Shown: piece after piece, positions 36,308 through 46,300 of the stretch
How positions within the stretch are numbered: the stretch's first letter is position 1
How the letters are laid out: every line of letters begins with the position of its first letter
NCBI RefSeq assembly: GCF_964188315.1
Contig: NC_135667.1
Span: 8,618,001-8,682,000, forward strand
DNA length: 64,000 nt
Direction: 5' to 3'
Source: Podarcis muralis
Lineage: Eukaryota
Notes under the pieces: model-generated
The model's input: only the letters and a program-made list of their open reading frames with translations
Told to the model about the DNA's origin: nothing
The model's database searches: none
Translations under genes and position numbers: made by a program

Positions 36308-36585
36308 CTGCATTTGATTATGTGAACAAATCATGGTGATTTGGATGATTGCAGGGAGACATAATAACTTTCTCAGATGTTTAGCTCAGAGTGGCACTTT
36401 TGGCAATCAAGATGCTGGTGCTTGTGTGTTTACTCTAAGTCTGACCACATCTCTGCTCCCTTGTGGCACAAAAAAATGGCAATTGGTTTTCTGTTTTCCC
36501 ATATGAGTCAGTGCCAATCAAAGTGAAGCCATTTTCTTTGGAGCTGCAAAATGCAGCAAATCTAAATACAATGGAATCAGTTTAA

Positions 36586-36680
36586 GACAAAGGCATCACT
36601 CAGTTTTTCTCATTATTTGCTCCCTATTGTTAAGCTCGGGCCTCAGCACAATGATGTAAGACTTCGGGGCAGGCAAAAAC
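36586..36680 (-). pseudogene. Isolated remnant of a V2R exon-6 3' end
   Basis: Minus strand reads ...[22 protein letters not shown] plus the start of the 3'UTR. Diverged from the adjacent gene E terminus. Confidence 0.8.
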
Positions 36681-36748
36681 AATCCCTCCCTCAAAAGAGT
36701 GCCACTCTGGAGTCATTCTTAGTAATGGGCTGTATACTAAAACCCTTA

Positions 36749-36756
<8 letters not shown>

Positions 36757-36817
<61 letters not shown>

Positions 36818-39800
36818 TTATTATTTATACCCCGCCCATCTGGCTGAGTTTCCTCAGCCACTCTGGGCGGCTCCCAATCAGTGTTAAAACAGTACAGCGT
36901 TACATATTAAAAACTTCCCTGAACAGGGCTGCCTTAAGATGTCTTCTGAATATCAGGTAATTATTTATCTCTTTGACATCTAATGGGAGGGCGTTCCACA
37001 GGGCGGGCGCCACTACCGAGAAGGCCCTCTGTCTGGTTCCCTGTAGCCTCACTTCTCGCAATGAGGGAACCGCCAGAAGGCCCTCGGCGCTGGATCTCAG
37101 TGTCCGGGCTGAATGATGGGGGTGGAGACGCTCCTTCAGGTATACAGGACCGAGGCCGTTTAGGGCTTTAAAGGTCAGCACCAACACTTTGAATCGTGCT
37201 CGGAAACGTACTGGGAGCCAATGCAGGTCTCTCAGAACCGGTGTTATATGGTCCCGGCGGCCACTCCCAGTCACCAGTCTAGCTGCCGCATTCTGGATTA
37301 ATTGCAGTTTCCGGGTCACCTTCAAAGGTAGCCCCACGTAGAGCGCGTTGCAGTAGTCCAAGCGTGAGATAACTAGAGCATGCACCACTCTGGCGAGACA
37401 GTTCGCGGGTAGGTAGGGTCTTAGCCTGCGTACCAGGTGGAGCTGGTAGACAGCTGCCCTGGACACAGAGTTAACCTGCGCCTCCATGGACAGCTGTGAG
37501 TCCAAAATGACTCCCAAGCTACGCACCTGGTCCTTTAGGGGCACAGTTACCCCATTCAAGACCAGGGAATCCCCCACACCAACCCGCTCCCTGTCCCCCA
37601 AAAACAGTACTTCTGTCTTGTCAGGATTCAACCTCAGTCTGTTAGCCGCCATCCATCCTCCAACCGCCTCCAGGCACTCACACAGGGCCTTCACCGCCTT
37701 CACTGGTTCTGATTTAAAGGAGAGGTAGAGCTGGGTGTCATCTGCGTACTGATGAACACCCAGTCCAAACCCCCTGATGATCTCTCCCAGCGGCTTCATA
37801 TAGATATTAAAAAGCATGGGGGAGAGGACAGAACCCTGAGGCACCCCACAAGTGAGAGCCCAGGGGTCTGAACACTCATCCCCCACCACCACTTTCTGGA
37901 CACGGCCCAAGAGGAAGGAGCGGAACCACTGTATGACAGTGCCCCCAGCTCCCAACCCCTCTAGACGGTCCAGAAGGATGTTATGGTCGATGGTGTCAAA
38001 GGCCGCTGAGAGATCCAGCAGAACTAGGAAACAGCTCTCACCTTTGTCCCTAGCCCGCCGGAGATCATCAACCAGTGCGACCAAGGCAGTTTCAGTCCCA
38101 TGGTGAGACCTGAATCCCGATTGGAAGGGATCCAAATGGTCCGTTTCCTCCAGGCGTGCTTGGAGTTGTTCAGCAACCACCCGCTCAATCACCTTGCCCA
38201 AGAATGGCAGATTTGAGACTGGGCGATAGTTGGCCAAATTGGCCGGGTCTAAAGATGTTTTTTTAAGAAGCGGTTTAATGACCGCCTCTTTCAGCGGGTC
38301 TGGGAAGGCTCCCTCACAGAGGGAAGCATTCACCACCCCGCAGAGCCCATCGCCCAGCCCTTCCCGGCTCGCTTTTATCAGCCAGGATGGGCAATGATCA
38401 AGGAGACAGGTGGTCGGTTTCACTTTTCCAAGCAGCCTGTCCACATCCTCGGAGGTAACAGACTGGAATTGATCCCATGTAACAGGACCAGACAGAACTC
38501 TAGCACTCTCCCGCCCTGGCCCTGCTCCCACGGTGGAGTCTACCTCCTTCTGAATCTGAGCGATTTTATCTGCAAAAAACTTTGCAAAAGCATTGCAGGA
38601 GATCTTGGGGTCCCTACCAGGCCCCGGTGGTACAGGTGGTTCCGATAGATTGCGAACCACCTGAAAAAGTCTCCTGCTGCTGTTTTCTGCAGATGCAATG
38701 GAGGCAGCGAAGAAGGCCCTCTTCGCCGTCGCCATTGCCACTTGGTAGGCTCGACGTTGAGCTCTAACCCGTGTCCGGTCTGATTCAGAATGAGTTTTCC
38801 GCCACCGGCGCTCTAGCCGTCTCAACGATTGTTTCATCACCCTCAGCTCCGGGGAAAACCACGGGGCTGTCCGGGCTCCATGCAATCGGAGAGGGCGCTT
38901 CGGAGCCAGACAGTCAATAGCCCTGGTTAACTCCGCATTCCAGCGTGCCACCAGGGAATCAGCTGAAAGGCCATCAACTTGGGATAAAGCATCCCCTACC
39001 ACTCTCTGGAAGCCAATTGGATCCATTAAGTGGCGGGGGCGGACCATCCGAATCGGTCCCACCTCCCTGCAGAGGGGAAGGGTTGCAGAGAAGTCCAGTT
39101 GCACCAGGAAGTGATCTGACCATGGCACTTCTTTTGTTTCGCTTTTAGTTAGTGTCAGATCACCAACATCCATAGAGGTGAACACCAAGTCTAAGGCATG
39201 TCCATGGCTATGAGTTGGGCCAAACTTATTCAGGGACAGCCCCATGGAGGCCATGCTTTCCACGAAGTCCCGAGCGGCCCCTTGTAAGGTCGTGTCGGCA
39301 TGGATGTTAAAATCCCCCAGGACAACCAAGCTAGGTGTCTCCAGGAGCATATCCGCCACGACCTGAAGCAGCTCGGGCAGGGAATCCTTGGTGCAGCGGG
39401 GAGGTCGGTACACCAGTAGGAATCCTGTACTGCCCCTATTGCCCAACTTCCAGAACATGCACTCAGAGAACTGGGTCTTCCCAATAGGATGCCTGGTGCA
39501 GACTAATGACTTCCTAAAAATCACTGCAACCCCCCCTCCCCGCCCACATGACCTGGGTTGCTGTGCGTAAGAGAAGCCTGGTGGGCAAGCAGCGGCAAGG
39601 ACAGGCCCATCTGCTTCATCCAACCAGGTCTCTGTCACACATGCCAGGTCAAATCCTCCATCCACAATCAGGTCGTGGATGGCAGTGGTTTTATTCATCA
39701 TTGACCTGGCATTACACAGCAACACTTTCAGGTCATGTGGGTTTCCCTTGCTGATTTCAGTATCCTTCCGGTCAGGACCAGACCTGGAGGCAGGGATAGT

Positions 39801-40348
39801 CCTCAGACAACGACTAAACCTGCCTCCTCGGTAATGACATGGTCTGGTCTTAGCGTAACTCCTCCTCCTACCCATGATCACTGAGATCGGTTGTCCCAGT
39901 GCATCCCCCCCTGTGGAACATGCCCCAGCCATTTTGTTTGCTGGGACCCACTCCCAGGCAGCCCTGACCCCAGCCCTTAAAAAGCAAAATACAAATTATA
40001 TAATAATTTAACAGAATAATAATAATAATAATAAAACAAAACAGAACAAAATAAAACAAGAAACAATAGCGCTGACTAAATGCTTATCCCTCCCCAAGCA
40101 AAAATAAAATGGTAAAATAATATAATATTATAAAAAACAACAACAACCATTTAAGGTGCTGCAAATTAAAAACAATTAAAACATTTAAAACCATTTTGTC
40201 CATTGCTGCCGGTAGCTGCTCAGGCCTCTAAACTGTAGTGGTAGTGCAGGCCCCGCCCCCTAGGCCGGATGGAGTTGGCAGAGGAAGGAGCAGTCTTCCC
40301 AACACTCACACAAGCAGCAACAGCAGCCGTGTCCCGTGTCCCGTATTG
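36757..40348 (-). mobile_element. L2-clade LINE, apparently intact and single-ORF, inserted in the 3'UTR of gene E
   Basis: 1010-aa ORF, a 3'UTR ending in an (ATT)n tail (about 36755-36817) and about 415 nt of 5' sequence. The flanks rejoin to match the uninterrupted 3'UTR of gene F. Possible atataa TSD. Confidence 0.9.
36900..39932 (-). CDS. L2 ORF2: AP endonuclease plus reverse transcriptase
   Basis: APE motifs CNARS, ETWL, GDFN, LDL and SDH. RT motifs LDLSAAFDT, GVPQGSVLSP and YADD. No stops, and the ATG is in strong context (aaaATGg). Confidence 0.96.
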   Translation of the reverse strand: MAGACSTGGDALGQPISVIMGRRRSYAKTRPCHYRGGRFSRCLRTIPASRSGPDRKDTEISKGNPHDLKVLLCNARSMMNKTTAIHDLIVDGGFDLACVTETWLDEADGPVLAAACPPGFSYAQQPRSCGRGGGVAVIFRKSLVCTRHPIGKTQFSECMFWKLGNRGSTGFLLVYRPPRCTKDSLPELLQVVADMLLETPSLVVLGDFNIHADTTLQGAARDFVESMASMGLSLNKFGPTHSHGHALDLVFTSMDVGDLTLTKSETKEVPWSDHFLVQLDFSATLPLCREVGPIRMVRPRHLMDPIGFQRVVGDALSQVDGLSADSLVARWNAELTRAIDCLAPKRPLRLHGARTAPWFSPELRVMKQSLRRLERRWRKTHSESDRTRVRAQRRAYQVAMATAKRAFFAASIASAENSSRRLFQVVRNLSEPPVPPGPGRDPKISCNAFAKFFADKIAQIQKEVDSTVGAGPGRESARVLSGPVTWDQFQSVTSEDVDRLLGKVKPTTCLLDHCPSWLIKASREGLGDGLCGVVNASLCEGAFPDPLKEAVIKPLLKKTSLDPANLANYRPVSNLPFLGKVIERVVAEQLQARLEETDHLDPFQSGFRSHHGTETALVALVDDLRRARDKGESCFLVLLDLSAAFDTIDHNILLDRLEGLGAGGTVIQWFRSFLLGRVQKVVVGDECSDPWALTCGVPQGSVLSPMLFNIYMKPLGEIIRGFGLGVHQYADDTQLYLSFKSEPVKAVKALCECLEAVGGWMAANRLRLNPDKTEVLFLGDRERVGVGDSLVLNGVTVPLKDQVRSLGVILDSQLSMEAQVNSVSRAAVYQLHLVRRLRPYLPANCLARVVHALVISRLDYCNALYVGLPLKVTRKLQLIQNAAARLVTGSGRRDHITPVLRDLHWLPVRFRARFKVLVLTFKALNGLGPVYLKERLHPHHSARTLRSSAEGLLAVPSLREVRLQGTRQRAFSVVAPALWNALPLDVKEINNYLIFRRHLKAALFREVFNM

Positions 40349-40385
40349 ATATAACAAATCAATAAGATAAAAACAAAGGTATTAC

Positions 40386-43300
40386 TCAGTTCTTTCTCAT
40401 TATTTGCTCCCTATTGTTCAGCTCAGGCTTCAGCAAAATGATATAGCATTTAGGGGCAAAGATGCAGCCCAATAATCCAGCACTAGAGGACAAGATGGAG
40501 AAGATCTCCACCGCCACCATGGATTTCCCTTTGGTGCTTAGATACGTTGGGATAAAGGACAACCAAACACTGCAAAACAACAACATGCTGAAGGTAATAA
40601 ACTTGGCTTCATTAAAACTGTCAGGTAATTTACGAGCTGCAAATGCCACAATGAAGCTGGCAAGGGCCAGGAGGCCCATGTAGCCCAGGACACAATAAAA
40701 CAGGGTCACAGACCCTTCATTACACTGCACAATGGTCTCTTCTGCTACAGAGTCCATGTCTAGATCAGGGAATGGGGGAGAAATCATCAACCACACAGTA
40801 CAAACACTTGCTTGAGTAAGAGAGCAGGAAAAGACTATGGAATTGGCCAGCCATTTTCCTACCCACTTCCTTGTGCTACATCCTGGTTTTGTGGCCATGA
40901 AAGCTACAACTACAGTGACAGTTTTTGCCAACACACATGAAACGGCCAGTGAGAAAACAATGCCAAACATTGGTTGGCGAAGAACACAGGTCACTTTCCC
41001 AGGTTTCCCAACGAATAGCAAAGATGAGAGGAAGCAGAGCAGTAGTGAGATGAGGAGAATGTAAGTGAGATCCCGGTTGTTGGCTTTGACAATGGGAGTA
41101 TCTTTGTATTTAATAAAAGTTCCTATCACCAAACTTGTGAGAAGTGAAAAAGAAAGAGCAAGTGAGGCCAAGCTGATCCCAAAGGATTCATTGTAAGAAA
41201 GAAAGCTTATTATTTTGGGGATGCATCCAGTTTTGTTCTTGTTTGGATACTGATCTCCTGGGCATATGATGCACTCATCCATATCTGAAAAGTAGAATAA
41301 GATCCAGTAGCAATTCATGTGTGCTCTTTACGTCTTTTTTATCTCATCCTTCTGATTTTAAGGGATTGATACAGTATGTGAAATACTTTTTTGAGTATTC
41401 TGCTGAATGTATGATGTTTGAATTTAAACAATATTAAGCTGCTGCTCCATGCACCCTGCACATCACGGCTTGTTCCAACTACACTTATACAGTGGGGGGG
41501 GGGGGGCATCAGGCACCGGTTGGCTCTTGTGTTTCTTGGGAGGGCACAAGGGTCCTGGTAGATCATAGAATGAGAGCATGCCCCTAGATTAGGTGAGACT
41601 GGCCTTACATAACTCATTCCATGGTTACCTTCTGGGATCCATGATACTTGTCTTGTGACACACCAGTGTCCAATGCTGGTCAACTCCCAAGGGTATTGAT
41701 TGGGTGCATTTCAACCATCAAGTGGAATTTGAACTGCACGTGCTCATTGAAATGATAACCCTTATGCTTTTGCCAGCCCTGCTTGCCTGTGCAATAATGA
41801 ATACAAATCTGGCCTAATTGCAACTCCTAGGCAATTATAGCTCAAACATAACTTTGTTTATTTGGCAATCAGTACTATGATCTATTTGGCGATCAGTACT
41901 ATGAACGCTGGGACGCGGGTGGCGCTGTGGGTAAAAGCCTCAGTGCCTAGGGCTTGCCGATCGAAAGGTCGGTGGTTCGAATCCCCGCGGCGGGGTGCGC
42001 TCCCGTCGTTCGGTCCCAGCGCCTGCCAACCTAGCAGTTCGAAAGCACTCTCGAGTGCAAGTAGATAAATAGGGACCGCTTACTAGCGGGAAGGTAAACG
42101 GCGTTTCCATGTGCGGCTCTGGCTCGCCAGAGCAGCGATGTCACGCTGGCCACGTGACCCGGAAGTGTCTCCGGACAGCGCTGGCCCCCGGCCTCTTGAG
42201 TGAGATGGGCGCACAACCCTAGAGTCTGTCAAGACTGGCCCGTACGGGCAGGGGTACCTTTACCTTTACTATGAACGCTGGTGGCGCTGTGGGGGATGCG
42301 GGTGGCTCTGTAGTTTAGGGCTTGCTGATTAGAAGGTTGGTGGTTTGAATCCCCGCAATGGGATGAGCCCCCATTGCTCAGTCCCTGCTCCTGCCAACCT
42401 AGCAGTTCAAAAGCATGTCAAAGTGCAAGTAGATAAATAGGTACCACTCCAGCGAGAAGGTAAATGGCGTTTCTATGCGCTGCTCTGGTTCACCAGAAGC
42501 GGCTTAGTCATGCTGGCCACATGACCTGGAAGCTGTATGCTGGCTACCACGGCCAGTAAAACGAGATGAGCGCCGCAACCCCAGAGTCATCCGCAACTGG
42601 ACCTAATCGTCAGGGGTCCCTTTACCTTCACCTTTAGGCAATTATAGTACTTGATATGTGTATAACAAAATACATTTGAGCGAAGTGGGGAACACTGCCG
42701 TATCTAGGTTCACAGTATTGCACCAGGTTTATTTGTTTTTGAATATTTCCTTCAAATGTTACTGAAAAAAATGCCCCCAAAAAAGCACACAACTCTAAAC
42801 AGGATAGTCTGGAAGCATGTGTAAATGTAGCATTTAAATAGATTTGACACAATAATCTTTACTAATATTGAACAATGAAAAATGTCATGTACCATTTTGG
42901 TTGGAAATCTTCCCTTCTGGACATGGAACACAATCATAGCAGCAAAATTTCTGCCCTTCCTTCCTTTTCTTCTGACTACCAGGGTGGCAGTAGTCATTAC
43001 ACAGAGAAATGGGCATCACCTTTCCAGAAACAAGAAATAATTTCATAAGGGAGAAACTGAACGTCTTATCCAAAGTGCTTCATATGAAGTGCAGCAATTA
43101 GCCCATATTTTGTCAGGGGACCAGAAAAAAGCAGCAAGACACAAGACCAGAAAAAATGCAAGATACATGAAATAAGCTAGGGCCATTTTATCAGCTGTAA
43201 CTTTAGGAATTTATAAATAGCAAAGGACATGTGTGGAAAATGCTTAAATCTATCAGGCTCCTAAACTGGCACTAATTGGGTGAGGTCTTCATGATTCATA

Positions 43301-46300
43301 ACACCTTTAAAATCTTGCAGGTTCTTACACAGAGCCCTGTGACAAGTCTCTAGAATTAGAATCCACAAGGGGCTCAATTTCTTTGCCAACCTCTTTCCTT
43401 TCCCACACCCACCTGCCAAGTGACCAAGTTATCTACTTGCACTTTAGGAGTGCTTTCGAACTGCTAGGTGGGCAGGAGCTGGGACCGCAGACGGTAATAT
43501 GTATGCCACCTGTAGTTGCACCTGTTTGATACTCCTGATGGAAGTATCAAAGTAGGTGGAAGGAAGGTAGGTGGAAAAGGTCAACCAGCCCATTTTGACC
43601 AGTCAATCATAGGAAGGAACATAATTTCCTGCTTGACACCAACTATGATGACAAGCTTATCTCATACTGCATAGTGGGAGGGAAGGCTTGGTGTAACCTC
43701 TCCTAAGAAGGATGGGCGGAGGTAGGTGGAAATGACTTTATATCCTTTGTGATTTACTAACTAGCAGTAGCTCAAAACCACACATGAAGGCAGAAAACGA
43801 GTTTTGGGTTGGGTTTTTGTCAGTCCTATTGTCATGAAATTAATTTGATATGGGATCTGCAACTGAGCCATGGACCCTTTTCAAATGAAGCAGTAACCAC
43901 CCATATCTGCCCCATGACTAAATTTTATCTGAATCTTTCTAAGCTCTGTCATACAAAATGAAACCCAATGAATATTGTTAAAACTTCATTTTAACTAACA
44001 ACATAGAAATTAAAGGGCTTTTCGCAGTTGCATCCAGCTAGGTTTTCAGATTTTCCCATGAAGCAGTCAAAAAGAAAAGTGGTGCTTATCAAGAGAGTAC
44101 ATTGGGTCAAAGAAATACCCAATTTCCAGACCTGGTTAAAGCCTTTGTTCCACAAAATCATGTCCTCATGAATGATTATCTCATTTCTATTGTCAGCAAG
44201 GGGATCCACCCATCCAATCTTCACTCGAAGGAAAGACTTGTTTGGGAAGGTGACCATGTTTGTGATGTCAAATCTACCTCCCATTTCTCTTTTATTAGCA
44301 AAGGACACTCTTTCTCCAGCTGAGTTGTTAAATGAAATGTCAGGAAGAAAATGGTGCAACTAATTGAAAGAGAAAAGAAAGGTTAAGGGAAAATAACATA
44401 ATAGAGATATTGAAGAAAATGGCTTGATGTATAAATGAGCACCATTTACATATAATTATGTTTGCTTGACAAAGCAGATGAAAAAATTGTTATGCGTACA
44501 GTGAAAAAAAAATTCAGCCAAATGTACAGGATTTAATATGAAAACATAAAGCTTTGCCAGTTAGTGACATGAGGAATACCACTGCAGCATTACTTCTGCA
44601 TTAAAATTGTGATGAAATCTTAAGTTGTATATTTGTAAAGCATTACCTGCCAAGGCTGCAGATCTTGAAGTTTTAATTTTCCACTGCTACCCAATGTTCT
44701 CTGCTTGGATGTAGACAAGTAAATAGCATGCAAAGTGTGAGCCACTACATAAACAGCATTGTAGATACTGTAACTATGGCCAGATAGTTCCATTGCAAAA
44801 AGAGAGCCTGGAAGACTCTCCAAACTCTCCTCCCCAGTACACAGTTCTTTGGGCTCCACTGTCAGATGGGGATTTGGAAATATACAGTCAAATGCTTGCT
44901 CCCAGAAGTCCTTGAGAAAATGATCTCCCTGGCTCCAGGAAGGCTTGATGGTCAGAAGAAAATCTTTGAAATTTAGAAGATTTTGTGAATGAATTGTGAG
45001 GGATATGGCGCCTTGAAAGAGTTGAAAATCCCAAGAACTAACAAGTCCCGTTGCAATGAAATCAGTATGCGCTGTCAAAATCCACACCTTTTTAATTGCT
45101 AAGTTTTCCTTATCGGTTGGATCTCGCAAAAATATAATAGCTCTCAGCGCTATAATTGTCAGAGATTCTCCATAGACAACAAATGTAGTGACTTTATTAT
45201 CTGTGAGCAATGCATACAAATTTAAGGCTACCTCATGCATTTCATCCAGCTTATCAAGATGGAGTTGACGTGGGATTCTTTGTGTAAAGGCTGAACAAAT
45301 TCCATTTTGAGAAAGCAGTGGCTCCAGGGTCTTGATGAAATATTCTCCAGTGTTATCATTTGGAGCAAAGAGTCCAACCCAGATCCATCCAAAATGCTTA
45401 AGCAAGCTAATAACCCCCCAAAATTGATGGGCTTCATTGGGCACCATTCGATAAAAGGACAGGGACAGACTTGTGTCACCCTCTGGAGGAAATGAACCAT
45501 ACGCAAGCTATATATATATAAAAAATCACAGTTATGAAGTTATGTGAAAAGAATTCATAATGTGCAATGTGAAATTTCATTTAACAAATATTTGTTTAAA
45601 CAATGTATAGGTTAAATCCAATATGGTCAGTAGGAATACAAAAATCCCTATGCACCTGTCAGGGAACTGCCATCGGAAGGACAGGAGGTGGAAGGGCTCA
45701 CTGAGGTTGAGACAGACTTAGCAGCTGAAGAGGGAACCAGCAGGGGGAGAGGAGGGGCTCCAGGGGAAAGTGAGTCGGAGGGATGGCTCAGAGACACTTC
45801 CAGCGAAAACAGTGGGGAGGTTTCAAGACCTCCTATAGGGACACCCACTCCTCGCTGGAAACTGTCGCGCCGAGAGTCCAGAAGACGTGTTTCCGTTAAG
45901 GAGCTTTTATGCTGGAAGAGATTCCGTAAGAGACCACTTTCGGATTCTGCTAGCGACTGACGGAGCCATGCTGGAGGGGCTCTGTCGTAGGCAGAGGTTT
46001 GCGGACTTGACCAAACTCTGAGGGACTTGCATTTTACGCACAAGCAGCTCATCATCCCATCACAGCACCCCTTCATACATCTTACCTGGGGAATTTTGTA
46101 GAGACTTAATATATCAGCCATATGTAAGGAGGTATCAGAGCCAAGTCCTCCAATGATGGATATGAGGGTTTTCTGGGTGTCACATTTGTAGTTGGAAATA
46201 AATCTACCCATTTTGAAGAGGAGGTCTAACGTAGTGCGGTAGGTCATCCTTGCATCATAGTAGCTATCATAGATGTGGAACCCCAGTGTGACATTGTGCA

